A DNA stretch of 61,903 bases. It comes from Deltaproteobacteria bacterium (GTDB taxonomy: Bacteria > Desulfobacterota > Deferrimicrobia > Deferrimicrobiales > Deferrimicrobiaceae). Location: NCBI GenBank assembly GCA_016220005.1, contig JACRIV010000079.1, positions 1 through 61,903 on the forward strand, given 5' to 3'. Position numbers and translations under genes: made by a program. The notes under the pieces were generated by a model. That model did not search any database, had not been told where the DNA came from, and saw only the letters and a program-made list of their open reading frames with translations. Below are positions 8,664-19,170 of this stretch, piece after piece (positions within the stretch are counted from its first letter, which is position 1; every line of letters starts with the position of its first letter).

Positions 8664-11300
8664 TTTTGACGGTTTGGGGAAGTGGGTGAGGACGAAGGAC
8701 ATCTCGGCCGCCTTGGTCCCCAGCTCCCCGGTGAACTTGCGCTCCAGGACCTCGTCGAGGATCTGTTTGAAAAGCGGCCCCGGGGGGTACCCCAGGTCCA
8801 CGAGGTCCTGGCCCGTGGTGAGTGGCCGCACGTTCTTTAGCTGGGTGAAGTAAAGGGAAATATACCTTTTGATATCGGGATTTTTTGCCCGGGACATCAC
8901 GTGGAGGATGACTTCGTTGGGCAGAGGGCTCAAGCAGTCGTAGACGAGCTTCCGAGAGACCGCCTTGCTGGAGATGAGCCGGTAGATCAGGTCGTCCGCC
9001 TCGTCCTTGGCGATCCGGACCCATTCCCTTGCCTTGCGCCCCATCCCCAAGTCCGCGGCGAATTTCTTCCCCTCCTCGGGGCTCAAGGGGTCCAGGAGCG
9101 CCAGGAAGAGCACCCCCCACTTCTCCGCCTTCTCCTCCAGGAACAGGAGCGAGAACCACACAAGGACCTCGGAGGTCTCCTCCAGGAGGTTGATCTGTTT
9201 CCGATCGAGGGTGATTTTGGGATGGAGCGACGGCCCGATCCCCATCTCCGACAGCCGGCGCAGGATACCGATGGGGTCCTCCTCCTTGAGGATCAGCTCC
9301 AGCTCGCCGAAGAGCCGGGGCTTGGGCAGCCTGCCTATCAGGTCCAACCGGACGGCGTTGCGAATGAGGTTCATCGTGTGCCGGCCGATCACGAACCCGA
9401 ACCGCCGCTCAAAACGCGAGGCCCGCAGGATTCGGGAGGGGTCCTCTACGAAGGAGAGGGAATGCAGGATCCGGATCACCCGCTCCTTGATGTCCCGCTG
9501 GGCGCCGTAGAAGTCGATCAGCTCCCCGAACACCGGGGGATTGAGCCGCACCGCCAGGGTGTTGATCGTGAAGTCCCGCCGGTAGAGGTCTTGCTTGATG
9601 CTGCTGTACTCCACGGTGGGCAGGGCCGCCGGTTCCAGGTAGTACTCGACCCGTGCGGTCGCCACGTCGACCTTGAAGCCGTCCGGGAAGACGAGCACCG
9701 CCGTCCCGAACTTGTGGTGCGGCCGGACGCGGCAGGGGTTCTCCCTGGCGAACGCCTCGGCGAACTCGATTCCGTCCCCCTCGATCACGATGTCCACGTC
9801 GAGGTTGTCGATCCGCATGACGAGATCCCGGACGAACCCGCCCACCACGAAAGCCGTCATACCAAGCCGCTCGGCGACCGTCCCGGCCGACCGCAACAGC
9901 TCCACCACCCGCTCCGGCAGCCGCTCCCGTATGAGGTTCGCGATGCTCTTCTGCCGCGCAAGTATCCCGCCGGCGGGGATGTCCTCCTCGGGGCCCGGGC
10001 GCTGCACATCCCGCACGTCGTGCAGGAACCGCAGGAACCCGGTGCGGGTGATGATCCCCGCGACGTGCCCGTCGCCGACCACCGGGACCAGGCGCTGGTT
10101 CTTCCCGATGATGATCTCCTGGACCCGCTCGATCCCCTCCCCCGGCTCGACCGTGTCGAAGTCGGTGTTCATGTATTCACTCACCTTCTCCTGTCCAAGC
10201 CCGTGGAAGAGCGCTTTTTCCACCACCTGCCGGGTGATGATCCCGGCGACCGATTCGCCCCGCAGGACGGGGACTGCGTTGAAGTTGAAGCGGGTGAGGA
10301 GCTGGTGGACGTCGGCCATCGTGTTCTCCACGGCGGCGCTCCGTGGCGGCGAGACCATTATGTCCGCCGCGGTGCGCCGCGGGATCACCTTCTCCGTCAG
10401 GACCTTGAAGATCTTTTCCCGTACCTGGAAGGTGGTCGCGTCCCGGATCGAGGCGGAGGCCGCGTAGGGGTGCCCGCCGCCGCCCAATTCCCGCATCACC
10501 GCCCCCACGTCCACCTCGGGCTTGCGGCTGCGCCCCACAATCACCACCCGGTCCCCCATCTGGCAGAGGGCGAACAGGACGTTGACCGCCTCCATGTCGC
10601 GCAGCTTGTGGACGAGGACCGCCAGGTCTCCTACGTACTCTTCCCGCCGCGCCTCGGCGATCACCACCTCCACGCCGTGGATGGTGTAGGCCCGCGACCC
10701 CTGGATGAGGTCGTAGAGCAGGGAGATCTGCTCGGAGGTCAGGTCCTTGGCCAGGATGTCGGAGACCGCGCCCAGGTTCGCCCCGCACGCAAGGAGGTGG
10801 GCGGCGGCCTGGTAGTCGGCCACCGTCGTCGACGGGAAGATGAGCGAGCCCGTATCCTCGTAGATCCCCAGCATCATGACGGTGGCCTCGTCCGGCGTGA
10901 TGGGGACATCGCGCTCTTTCAGGATTTCCACGAGGATCGTCGTCGTCGACCCGACGGCCCGGATCACCTCGAGGCTCCCGTGGAGGTCCGCCTCCTCGTC
11001 GGGGTGGTGGTCATAAATATGGAGGTCCATCCCGGGGCGGGTCACGACCTCCCGGAAGACGCCGACCCGCGCGGAGTTGCGGATGTCCACGAGGACCACC
11101 CGGGTCACCTTCGACAGGTCGATCTCCCGGGCCTTGCGCACCTCCAGGGCGTAGAAGGCGGATTGGAGGAGGAACCCCTTGACCGACTCCTCCTGCGACC
11201 CCGGGAACACGAGGACCGCTTCAGGATACAGCTTGTGGGCGGCCACCATCGAGGCGATGGTGTCGAAGTCGGCGTTGACGTGGGTCGTGATGACTTCCAT
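8649..11300 (-). CDS. DHH-CBS-nucleotidyltransferase protein (tRNA nucleotidyltransferase, likely A-adding type)
   Basis: HVNADFD and DHH motifs, GGGGH (DHHA1), CBS pair, VGGFVRD...DVDIV, DLYRRDFTIN, EDPSRILR. Confidence 0.9.
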   Translation of the reverse strand: MEVITTHVNADFDTIASMVAAHKLYPEAVLVFPGSQEESVKGFLLQSAFYALEVRKAREIDLSKVTRVVLVDIRNSARVGVFREVVTRPGMDLHIYDHHPDEEADLHGSLEVIRAVGSTTTILVEILKERDVPITPDEATVMMLGIYEDTGSLIFPSTTVADYQAAAHLLACGANLGAVSDILAKDLTSEQISLLYDLIQGSRAYTIHGVEVVIAEARREEYVGDLAVLVHKLRDMEAVNVLFALCQMGDRVVIVGRSRKPEVDVGAVMRELGGGGHPYAASASIRDATTFQVREKIFKVLTEKVIPRRTAADIMVSPPRSAAVENTMADVHQLLTRFNFNAVPVLRGESVAGIITRQVVEKALFHGLGQEKVSEYMNTDFDTVEPGEGIERVQEIIIGKNQRLVPVVGDGHVAGIITRTGFLRFLHDVRDVQRPGPEEDIPAGGILARQKSIANLIRERLPERVVELLRSAGTVAERLGMTAFVVGGFVRDLVMRIDNLDVDIVIEGDGIEFAEAFARENPCRVRPHHKFGTAVLVFPDGFKVDVATARVEYYLEPAALPTVEYSSIKQDLYRRDFTINTLAVRLNPPVFGELIDFYGAQRDIKERVIRILHSLSFVEDPSRILRASRFERRFGFVIGRHTMNLIRNAVRLDLIGRLPKPRLFGELELILKEEDPIGILRRLSEMGIGPSLHPKITLDRKQINLLEETSEVLVWFSLLFLEEKAEKWGVLFLALLDPLSPEEGKKFAADLGMGRKAREWVRIAKDEADDLIYRLISSKAVSRKLVYDCLSPLPNEVILHVMSRAKNPDIKRYISLYFTQLKNVRPLTTGQDLVDLGYPPGPLFKQILDEVLERKFTGELGTKAAEMSFVLTHFPKPSKQGRP

Positions 11301-11389
11301 CTCATTTCAAGTATGCGAAATTACAGAGGCAGCGTCAAAGAATCCATGGCAGAATGTGGCGGATCCGAATATCTTATACCGGAGGCTTC

Positions 11390-12292
11390 GTGACCTTGGA
11401 CAAGGAAATTGCCGAACAACTGAAGCGAGTCCTGAACTCGCTGGAACCCCTCCTCCCCAAACCCGTCCCGAAGGTGGACTGGAGGGAGTGCCACGCCGCC
11501 AACTGGCGTCGCCATTTCCTCGCCGGCTACCTGGAGCCGATCCGGAGCATCGAGAGCATCCGGCTCGTCGACCTGCTCGGCATCGAGGAGCAGAAAAAGG
11601 CCGTCGAGGAGAATACCCGGCAGTTCCTTGCCGGTCTTCCCGCCAACAACGTCCTGTTGTGGGGGGCGCGCGGCACGGGTAAATCGTCGCTCGTCCGGGC
11701 CCTGCTCCACGCCTATGCCCCGCAGGGGCTTCGGGTAATCCAGGTGGACAAGGACGACCTCGTCCACTTCCCCGCCGTCGTCGACGAGGTCAAGGGGCAG
11801 CCGTACAAGTTCGTCGTCTTTTCGGACGACCTGTCTTTCGAGCCAGGCGAGTCGAGCTACAAGATGCTCAAGAGCGCGCTGGACGGGTCGGTCTACGCTC
11901 CGCCGGAGAACGTCCGGATCTACGCCACCTCGAACCGCCGGCACCTGGTGCCCGAATACGAGAGCGACAACCGGGGGGCAATGATGGTTCAGGGGGAGGT
12001 GCACCACGGGGAAGGCGTGGAGGAGAAAATCTCCGTGTCCGGCCGGTTCGGGATCTGGGTGCCGTTCCATCCGTTCAGCCAGGACCGGTATCTCGAAGTC
12101 GTCGCGATGTGGGTCGAGAACCTTTGCGAACGGAACGGCGCCCCGCCGGCCTGGACGAAGGAGGCCCGGGACGAGGCGATCCTTTGGTCCCAGAAGAGGG
12201 GGGACCGCAGCGGCCGCATCGCCTACCAATTCGCCTGCAGCTGGGTGGGGCGGGAACTGCTGGGGAAGGAGCGGGAAACCGTCCCCATATAA
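11390..12292 (+). CDS. AAA+ ATPase, DUF815-type
   Basis: NNVLLWGARGTGKSS Walker A, DDLSFE, YATSNRRHL; SD GGAGG before GTG 11390. Confidence 0.88.
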   Translation: MTLDKEIAEQLKRVLNSLEPLLPKPVPKVDWRECHAANWRRHFLAGYLEPIRSIESIRLVDLLGIEEQKKAVEENTRQFLAGLPANNVLLWGARGTGKSSLVRALLHAYAPQGLRVIQVDKDDLVHFPAVVDEVKGQPYKFVVFSDDLSFEPGESSYKMLKSALDGSVYAPPENVRIYATSNRRHLVPEYESDNRGAMMVQGEVHHGEGVEEKISVSGRFGIWVPFHPFSQDRYLEVVAMWVENLCERNGAPPAWTKEARDEAILWSQKRGDRSGRIAYQFACSWVGRELLGKERETVPI

Positions 12293-12322
12293 TAAAGGGC
12301 AGGGACGAGTCCGCCCCTGCCC
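12291..12322 (-). terminator. Intrinsic terminator for the sdh operon
   Basis: GGGCAGGG/CCCTGCCC stem followed on the minus strand by TTTATT; lies between convergent genes. Confidence 0.6.
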
Positions 12323-12330
12323 GTGCGGTA

Positions 12331-12459
12331 TCCGAGCCCGCCTGACCGGTCACCCGCTCGCGCTCGCCCATCCATGGCCTCGCTCCGCGGGCGGCCTCGG
12401 CAGCTTCCGCGGCCCTCCATGGCCGCTCTTCCTCCCTGCTCGGTCGGCGCTGCCTCGGA
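12331..12459 (-). repeat. Structured intergenic element with two ANGGAN-loop hairpins
   Basis: Outer stems TCCGAG/CTCGGA and CGCC(T)GACCG/CGGTCGGCG; minus-strand loops CC-ATGGAG-GG and CC-ATGGAT-GG; architecture shared with 53273-53436. Confidence 0.55.
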
Positions 12460-12498
12460 GCTCGAATCCTCCTCCGTGAACATCTACCGGTTGGATTC

Positions 12499-13302
12499 TC
12501 ACTCCCCGGCGAACACGTGCGATCCCGCCTTGCTCTTGAACAGGGCCTTCAAGAATTCCCGGTTGAGCCGGGCGATGAACTTGACGTCGATCCCTTTCGG
12601 GCACGCCGCCTGGCACTCGTAGTGGTTCGAGCAGTTGCCGAACCCGCACTCCTGCATCGCCTGGATCATGTCGGCGACGCGCACGGGGGCCTCGACCTGC
12701 CCCTGCGGTAGCGAGGCGAGCTGTGCGACCTTGGCGCCCGTGAAGAGCATCGCGGCCCCGTTCGGGCAGGCCGCCACGCAGGCCCCGCAGCCGATGCACT
12801 CGGCGGCGTCCATCGAATAGTCGGCGTCCGCCTTGGAGATCGGGGTCGCGTTAGCGTCCGGCACTCCCCCGGTGCGCGCGGAGATGTAGCCGCCCTCCTG
12901 GATGAGCTTGTCGAGGGCGCCCCGGTCCACCACGAGGTCCTTGAGGATCGGGAAGGCCCGCGCCCGCCACGGCTCGATATAAATCGTGTCGCCGTCCTTG
13001 AACTTGCGCATGTGGAGCTGGCAGACCGTCGTACGCTCCTGGCCCCCGTGGGGGACGCCGTTTACGACCTGGGAGCACATCCCGCAGATCCCCTCCCGGC
13101 AGTCGTGGTCGAAGGCGATCGGCTCCTTTCCCTCCAGGATCAGCTCCTCGTTGACCACGTCGAGCATCTCGAGGAAGGAGTGGTGCGGCGTGATGTTTTT
13201 GGCGGTGTACGTCTCGAACCGGCCCTGCTTGCCCGGCCCGGCCTGCCGCCAGACGATCAGCTTGAGGGTCATCGTCCCGTGTTCCGCTGTTTGCGCGCTC
13301 AT
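12499..13302 (-). CDS. sdhB: Succinate dehydrogenase/fumarate reductase iron-sulfur subunit
   Basis: [33 protein letters not shown]. Confidence 0.95.
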   Translation of the reverse strand: MSAQTAEHGTMTLKLIVWRQAGPGKQGRFETYTAKNITPHHSFLEMLDVVNEELILEGKEPIAFDHDCREGICGMCSQVVNGVPHGGQERTTVCQLHMRKFKDGDTIYIEPWRARAFPILKDLVVDRGALDKLIQEGGYISARTGGVPDANATPISKADADYSMDAAECIGCGACVAACPNGAAMLFTGAKVAQLASLPQGQVEAPVRVADMIQAMQECGFGNCSNHYECQAACPKGIDVKFIARLNREFLKALFKSKAGSHVFAGE

Positions 13303-15215
13303 TATTTATAGCTCCTTACCGCGAGGTGGACGTTCTCGAACTTGAGCGGTTCCTTGTGGAGTTCGGGCTCCTTGCCGACTCCCTTGAATTCCCAGGCGGC
13401 CGAGTAGCAATAGTTTGCGTCGTCGCGCCTTGCCTCGCCGTCCTCGTACTGGTATTCGACCCGGAAGTGGCCGCCGCACGATTCGTTGCGGTGGAGAGCG
13501 TCGCGGGCGAGCAGCTCGGCGAACTCGATGAAATCGGCCGTCCGCCCGGCGTTCTCCAGCTGCTGGTTGAAATCGGCCCCGTTGCCGGAGACCTTCACGT
13601 TCTTCCAGAACTCCTCCCGGATGGCCGGGATCTTTTCGATGGCCTCCTTGAGGCTCTCCTTGCTGCGCGTCATCCCGACGTTTTCCCACATCAGGGTGCC
13701 CAGTTCCCGCATCAGATCCGTCACGGTCCGCTTGCCGTTGATCGACAGCAGCCGCTTCGTGGATCCCTCGACCTCCCCGATCGACTTTCTGCACTCGGGG
13801 TGATCTTCCTGCACCTTGCCCGGCTTGCTCTGGGCCAGATAGTGGGAGACGGTATAAGGGATGATGAAGTAGCCGTCGGCCAGCCCCTGCATCAGGGCGC
13901 TCGCGCCGAGGCGGTTCGCCCCGTGGACGGAGAAGTTGGCTTCCCCCAGCACGAAGAGTCCGGGAATGTTGCTCATCAGGTTGTAGTCGACCCAGAGGCC
14001 GCCCATCACGTAGTGGGGTGCCGGGTAGATGCGCATCGGCACCTTGTAGCCGTTCTCGTCGGTGATCCGCTCGTACATCTCGAACAGGTTCCCGTACCGT
14101 TCCCGGATCGTGTCCTCGCCGAGACGCTTGATGGAGTCCCGGAAGTCGAGGTAGACGCCTCGACCGCCCGGGCCTACTCCCCGGTCGTCGTCGCACTGTT
14201 CCTTGGCCGCCCGCGACGCGATGTCGCGCGGCGCCAGGTTGCCGAAGCTCGGGTATTTCCGCTCGAGGTAGTAGTCGCGGTCCTCCTCGGGGATCTCGTT
14301 GGCCGGCCGCTTCTCCCCCTTCTTCCTGGGGACCCAGCAGCGGCCGTCGTTCCGGAGGGATTCGGACATGAGGGTCAGCTTCGACTGGTACTCGCCCGCC
14401 TGGGGGATGCAGGTCGGGTGGATCTGGGTGTAGCAGGGGTTGGCGAAGTACGCTCCCTTCTTGTGCGCCTTCCAGATCGCCGTGACACTGCACCCCATGG
14501 CGTTCGTGGAGAGGTAGAACACGTTCACGTAGCCGCCGGTGCACAGGAGCACGGCGTCGCCCGTGTGGCAGCGGACCTTGCCGGTGACCAGGTCGCGGAC
14601 CGTGATCCCCTTCGCCTCCCCGTCCACCACGACGAGGTCGAGCATCTCGGTCCGGGGGAAGAGTGTCACCGTCCCGGCCTTGATCTGGCGGGAAAGGGCC
14701 GAGTAGGCGCCGAGGAGGAGCTGCTGCCCCGTCTGCCCCCGGGCGTAGAAGGTCCGCGACACCTGGGCGCCGCCGAAGGAGCGGGTGTCGAGGTAGCCGG
14801 CGTAGTCGCGGGCGAAGGGCACTCCCTGGGCGACGCACTGGTCGATGATGTTGTTGCTCACCTGCGCCAGGCGCCACACGTCCGCCTCGCGGGCCCGGAA
14901 GTCGCCGCCCTTGATCGTGTCATAGAAGAGGCGGAAGATGCTGTCGCCGTCGTTGGGGTAGTTCTTGGCCGCGTTGATCCCGCCCTGGGCCGCGATGCTG
15001 TGGGCGCGTCGAGGGCTGTCCTGGTAGCAGAAGGTCTCAACGTTGTACCCAAGCTCGCCGAGGGTCGCCGCGGCGGATGCACCCGCGAGGCCGGTGCCCA
15101 CGACGAGGATCTTGTACTTGCGCTTGTTCGCGGGATTCACCAGCTTCATGTCGAAGCGGTGCTTGTCCCACGTCTTTTCGATCGGTCCTGTTGGACATTT
15201 TCCGTCGAGTATCAC
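13302..15215 (-). CDS. sdhA: Succinate dehydrogenase/fumarate reductase flavoprotein subunit
   Basis: [31 protein letters not shown]. Confidence 0.95.
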   Translation of the reverse strand: MILDGKCPTGPIEKTWDKHRFDMKLVNPANKRKYKILVVGTGLAGASAAATLGELGYNVETFCYQDSPRRAHSIAAQGGINAAKNYPNDGDSIFRLFYDTIKGGDFRAREADVWRLAQVSNNIIDQCVAQGVPFARDYAGYLDTRSFGGAQVSRTFYARGQTGQQLLLGAYSALSRQIKAGTVTLFPRTEMLDLVVVDGEAKGITVRDLVTGKVRCHTGDAVLLCTGGYVNVFYLSTNAMGCSVTAIWKAHKKGAYFANPCYTQIHPTCIPQAGEYQSKLTLMSESLRNDGRCWVPRKKGEKRPANEIPEEDRDYYLERKYPSFGNLAPRDIASRAAKEQCDDDRGVGPGGRGVYLDFRDSIKRLGEDTIRERYGNLFEMYERITDENGYKVPMRIYPAPHYVMGGLWVDYNLMSNIPGLFVLGEANFSVHGANRLGASALMQGLADGYFIIPYTVSHYLAQSKPGKVQEDHPECRKSIGEVEGSTKRLLSINGKRTVTDLMRELGTLMWENVGMTRSKESLKEAIEKIPAIREEFWKNVKVSGNGADFNQQLENAGRTADFIEFAELLARDALHRNESCGGHFRVEYQYEDGEARRDDANYCYSAAWEFKGVGKEPELHKEPLKFENVHLAVRSYK

Positions 15216-15226
15216 TTTAGAACCCC

Positions 15227-15892
15227 CTATTTGGTCAGAATGCCGGAAAGCAAGAGAACCGGAATGGCGCTGTAGCCTAAAAGAAAAACCACGGCAAGCA
15301 CCTTGCCGAGCCTGGTGTAGGTCGGCAGGGTCTTGTCGTTGTTCCAGCCGATGCTCTGGAAGAGGCTTTGTATGCCGTGGCTCAGATGCAGGAAGAGGGT
15401 CACCATCGCGGCCACGTAGATCAGGACGATCGGAGTAAAACGGAAGCTCGCGGCCACCATCGAAAAGACGTCGAAACGACCTTTCGCGTCATTTCCGAGC
15501 ACTACGTCGGGGGTGACGCGGAAGGTGAACTGGAGCAGGTGATAGACGATGAAGGCAAGGAGCAGGGCGCCGGTCCAGATCATCGTCTCGCTCGCGAAGG
15601 ATGCCTTGAGCATCTTCTTGACCTTGTACCTGTCCGGTTTCGCGGACCAATTATCGAGGGTGACAAGGATCCCGAACAGGACGTGAATGCCGAGCATGGC
15701 GAGCATGAAGAGGCGGGAGGCCCAGACGAAGGGCCCGAGGCCGTGCAACTTCTCGGCGTACGCGTTGATCCCGTCGGGGCCGGCGAAAATGCTGGAATTC
15801 CCCAGAAGGTGCACGATGACGAAGAGGACCATGAAGAGGCCGCTGACCGCCATCAGAATCTTCCGGCCTATGCTGTTCGTCGTAAATCGCAT
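15227..15892 (-). CDS. sdhC: Succinate dehydrogenase cytochrome b subunit
   Basis: [12 protein letters not shown], several TM helices with His ligands; directly upstream of sdhA. Confidence 0.92.
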   Translation of the reverse strand: MRFTTNSIGRKILMAVSGLFMVLFVIVHLLGNSSIFAGPDGINAYAEKLHGLGPFVWASRLFMLAMLGIHVLFGILVTLDNWSAKPDRYKVKKMLKASFASETMIWTGALLLAFIVYHLLQFTFRVTPDVVLGNDAKGRFDVFSMVAASFRFTPIVLIYVAAMVTLFLHLSHGIQSLFQSIGWNNDKTLPTYTRLGKVLAVVFLLGYSAIPVLLLSGILTK

Positions 15893-16173
15893 GACACTGT
15901 CCCTTCCCTGTGGATTTTATTTCTTGAGGCTGAGATTGCATCCTTAAGGGAGCGCCGCACGGCGAACAGGAGGCCCTCTCCATTCACTATTCTTCATTTC
16001 CCGCACCACGAACATCACCGTTTTTTTTAAGGGTGGACGACCACATTCTATTCCAGGAGAAAGATCAGCGAGAGTCCGGGAACCCTTCAAGGTTCCTTTA
16101 TATCGCCGTCAGGTGCGGATCGCAATGGATAATCGCGTTGTGTTCGTCATCCAGGGTGCGGCCCACGAAACAC

Positions 16174-16935
16174 TCAAGATACGGTTGCCATGAGGCGGTC
16201 AACGAGGTTCCGGATATCGTCAAACGCATTCCGCAATGCGCCGTCCGGCCTCCTGACCACCACCACGCGGCAGCCCTCCGTGTGGGCGGCCTCGATCTTC
16301 GCCCGGACGCCTCCCTCTACCCCGCTATCCTTGGTGACCAGCACGCCGACACCGTATTTTCTGATGACGGCGCGATTTTCCTCGGCGGAAAAGGGGCCTC
16401 TCCCGAGGAGAAGGGACGCCTCCGGGAGCCCGGAGATACGGCACGCCTCGATCGAGCCGGAATGGGGCAGCACCCGGGCAATCAACGGAATCCCGGCAAG
16501 GCAGGCCGCCTGCACGTAAGGAAGAAGGTTGCGGGACCCGATCGTAAGCAGGATCGGGGAGCCGAGAGAGACCGCGACGCGCGCCGCCTCCTGGTGGCCG
16601 GCCGCAATGAGGACGTCATCGTTCTCCCGGACGGCGGCGGGCCGCACGAAGGCAAAGCAGGGCACGTTCGTTCGCTCCGCTGTCCGTCTTGCCGTGTCGT
16701 GGGCCCTAGAGGCGTACGGATGTGCCGCATCGACGATCGCCTTGATCCTCCGTTCCCGCACCAACGCAGTCATCCGGTCGACATCGAGCGGCCCTGTTCG
16801 CCGGAAGATGTTCGGGTGGCAGCCGACCGATAGGGAGACATCCGTGGCGGTGGAGACAAGCACCTCGTATCCCGCCTCCGCCAAGGCGGCGGAAAGGGAG
16901 GCCGTTTCGGCGGTGCCTCCCAACAGCAGGATCAA
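16174..16935 (-). CDS. cbiJ: Cobalt-precorrin-6A reductase
   Basis: ILLLGGT, VDAAHPYA, LVTKDSG, VVVRRP; TTG start overlapping the cbiH stop. Confidence 0.9.
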   Translation of the reverse strand: MILLLGGTAETASLSAALAEAGYEVLVSTATDVSLSVGCHPNIFRRTGPLDVDRMTALVRERRIKAIVDAAHPYASRAHDTARRTAERTNVPCFAFVRPAAVRENDDVLIAAGHQEAARVAVSLGSPILLTIGSRNLLPYVQAACLAGIPLIARVLPHSGSIEACRISGLPEASLLLGRGPFSAEENRAVIRKYGVGVLVTKDSGVEGGVRAKIEAAHTEGCRVVVVRRPDGALRNAFDDIRNLVDRLMATVS

Positions 16936-17711
16936 ATCATGTACCCGCGGGGCGTGACGAACCAGCCGTCGATCACTTTCGAGGAACGGTTCCCGATCAG
17001 GACCACGCTCCTCATGCCGATTTCCTCCTCGAGGAAGCAGTCGAGGTCGGAGAGCACGATGCTCTCCTCCAACGTTCCCACCGCCGTGCCGATGCCGACG
17101 GGCGTTGCCCCTGGACGAAACCGGCGGAAGATTTCGGCGGCCTGCACAATCCGCTTTATGCGCTTTTCGCTTCGCGGGTTGTACAGGCCGACCACGAGAT
17201 CGGCGGCGGCGACCGCGGTAAGCCGCCGCCGGATCGTCTCCCACGGCACCAGCAGGTCGCTGAGACTGATGCACGCGAAATCGAGGGACAGCGGGCTCCC
17301 CAGCCTCGCCGCGGCGGCCCCGGCCGCGGAAACTCCCGGCACGATCTCGATCGGCACGCGCACCCCTTCTGCGGAAGAAAGTTCGATCGCCAAGGACGCC
17401 ATGCCGTAGACCCCCGGATCGCCCGAGGAAACGAGGGCAACGACCTTCCCCCCTTTCGCTTGCCGCAGGGCGGCCCGGCAGCGTTCGCCCTCCCGGGTCA
17501 TACCGGTGGCGATCGACTCCTTGCCTCCCAGAAGGTCGCGGATGAGGTCCAGGTACCGCGTGTATCCGACGACGACCTCGCTCCGGGCGATCGCAAGCTC
17601 GGCACGCCGCGTGCGGTCGAGCGGTCCGCCGGGACCTATACCGACGACGTACAGTTTTCCTTGGCCACCGCGATCGCCACACCGTTGTAAACCGTTTTCG
17701 GCAGGAGTAAT
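16932..17711 (-). CDS. cbiH: Cobalt-precorrin-3B C17-methyltransferase (start uncertain)
   Basis: GKLYVVGIGPG, VSSGDPGVYGMA, ISLSDLL, YNPRS, TPRGY; no ATG/GTG/TTG near the N-terminus; ATT 17711 behind AAGGAGG used here. Confidence 0.88.
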   Translation of the reverse strand: MTPAENGLQRCGDRGGQGKLYVVGIGPGGPLDRTRRAELAIARSEVVVGYTRYLDLIRDLLGGKESIATGMTREGERCRAALRQAKGGKVVALVSSGDPGVYGMASLAIELSSAEGVRVPIEIVPGVSAAGAAAARLGSPLSLDFACISLSDLLVPWETIRRRLTAVAAADLVVGLYNPRSEKRIKRIVQAAEIFRRFRPGATPVGIGTAVGTLEESIVLSDLDCFLEEEIGMRSVVLIGNRSSKVIDGWFVTPRGYMI

Positions 17712-18418
17712 CGGGTCCTCCTTCCCGCCAGCAACGCGGCCGGTTCGGCCACCGCCGGCAAGTCGACCTTGTCTTTCACGAATTCCGAATGCCTGAAGGG
17801 CAATGCGGCAGCCCGTATGTCCCGGGATGGGATGAGCCTCAACGGTACTCCCAGGGTCCGCGCCGCAATCCACAATCCCCGCTCCCCCGCCTTGATGTCG
17901 GCGGAGGCGAGCAGCCTCACCCGGGAGGGGTCCGTCGAGACCGTTGCGAGAGCTTCCGCAACCGCCCCGACGATTCTTTCCGCGGCGGTCCCGCGCCGGC
18001 ACCCGACCCCGACGATCACGTCCTTCAACGATTCCGACGTTGTCGTGATCACGGGCTCGGCGCCAAGGAGATTTGCCACCGTCACGGAGAGCTCGTTCGC
18101 CCCCCCCTCGTGGCCGGAAAGCAGGCTCACGGCGAACCTGCCTCCCGCGTCGACCACGACAACCGCCGGGTCCTCCCTCTTGTCCCGGACGTTCGGCGCC
18201 AGCCCCCTTACGACCGCTCCGCACGGCGCGATATAGACGAGCCCGCGATATCGGCGGAAGAGGTCCCGCGTCAGGTCCATGAGGCTCGCGAAGCGGATCC
18301 CGACGACCCGCGAAGGGACCTTTTCGTGGAGATAGATGGTGGCGCCGGGAAGTCCTTCCACGAGAATCTCCGCCGTCCTGGCGCCGGCCGAAGAAAGGGC
18401 GATGAGGGCGACCTTCAC
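17636..18418 (-). CDS. cbiG: Cobalt-precorrin-5A hydrolase
   Basis: DKREDPAVVVVD, LLSGHEGGAN, VITT, GVGCRRG, VAEPAAL. Confidence 0.9.
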   Translation of the reverse strand: MKVALIALSSAGARTAEILVEGLPGATIYLHEKVPSRVVGIRFASLMDLTRDLFRRYRGLVYIAPCGAVVRGLAPNVRDKREDPAVVVVDAGGRFAVSLLSGHEGGANELSVTVANLLGAEPVITTTSESLKDVIVGVGCRRGTAAERIVGAVAEALATVSTDPSRVRLLASADIKAGERGLWIAARTLGVPLRLIPSRDIRAAALPFRHSEFVKDKVDLPAVAEPAALLAGRRTRLLLPKTVYNGVAIAVAKENCTSSV

Positions 18419-19170
18419 GGCTTCCCCTCGCGGAAGCCGTGGGAAAATCCGGGGGCATAAAGCTTCGAGGAGGGGGCTTCCTGCGACAGCGCCTCCCCCA
18501 CGATCACCATCGCCGTCCTTCCGACTCCGGCGGTTTCCGTCTTCCCCGCGATATCGGCCAGCGTTCCCCGGACGATCGCCTGGTCCGGCCACGTGGCGCG
18601 GTAAACGACGGCGGCCGGACATCCTTCCCCCCGATGGCGGGCAAGCGTTTCCGCGATGTCCCGGATCCTCCCGGCGGAGAGGAAAAGACACAAAGTGGCC
18701 CCCGTCCGGCCCAGGACGGAAAGGTCCTGGTCCGCGGGGACGGGCGTCCGCCCGGAGCCGCGCGTCAGGATCACGGTCTGCGCGGCTTCCGGCACGGTGA
18801 GCTCCGCCTTCAACGCGGCGGCGGCGGCCTGGAAGGAGCTGACGCCGGGGACGACCTCGTATTCGATCCCCAGGCGCCCGAGTGCGTTCATCTGCTCCCG
18901 GATGGCGCCGTAAAGGGAGGGATCGCCGGAGTGGAGGCGGACGACGTCGGCGCCCTTCCGATGCGCCTCGCGGAACGCGTCGACGATCCGGGGGAGGGTC
19001 ATGCCGGCAGAGTCATACCGCTCGGCCGTTCCCGGAATCAGGTTCAGAATGGCGGGGTTCACGAGGGATCCCGCGTAGATGCATATCCGGCATTCCCTTA
19101 GCAGCCGGTGCGCCCTGATCGTCAACAGGTCCGGGTCTCCGGGTCCCGACCCCACGAAATATACCCTCAC
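18415..19170 (-). CDS. cbiF: Cobalt-precorrin-4 C11-methyltransferase
   Basis: VYFVGSGPGDPDLLT, YAGSLV, RLHSGDPSLYGA, SKLY. Confidence 0.92.
   Translation of the reverse strand: MRVYFVGSGPGDPDLLTIRAHRLLRECRICIYAGSLVNPAILNLIPGTAERYDSAGMTLPRIVDAFREAHRKGADVVRLHSGDPSLYGAIREQMNALGRLGIEYEVVPGVSSFQAAAAALKAELTVPEAAQTVILTRGSGRTPVPADQDLSVLGRTGATLCLFLSAGRIRDIAETLARHRGEGCPAAVVYRATWPDQAIVRGTLADIAGKTETAGVGRTAMVIVGEALSQEAPSSKLYAPGFSHGFREGKP

Noticed and set aside
8452-9159. 235-aa minus-strand ORF spanning the repeat array
   Set aside because: Alternative frame of the nucleotidyltransferase gene plus translated repeat units
16078-16097. GGAACC-N6-GGTTCC inverted repeat between cbiJ and sdhC
   Set aside because: Short single occurrence; cannot tell operator, terminator or chance apart
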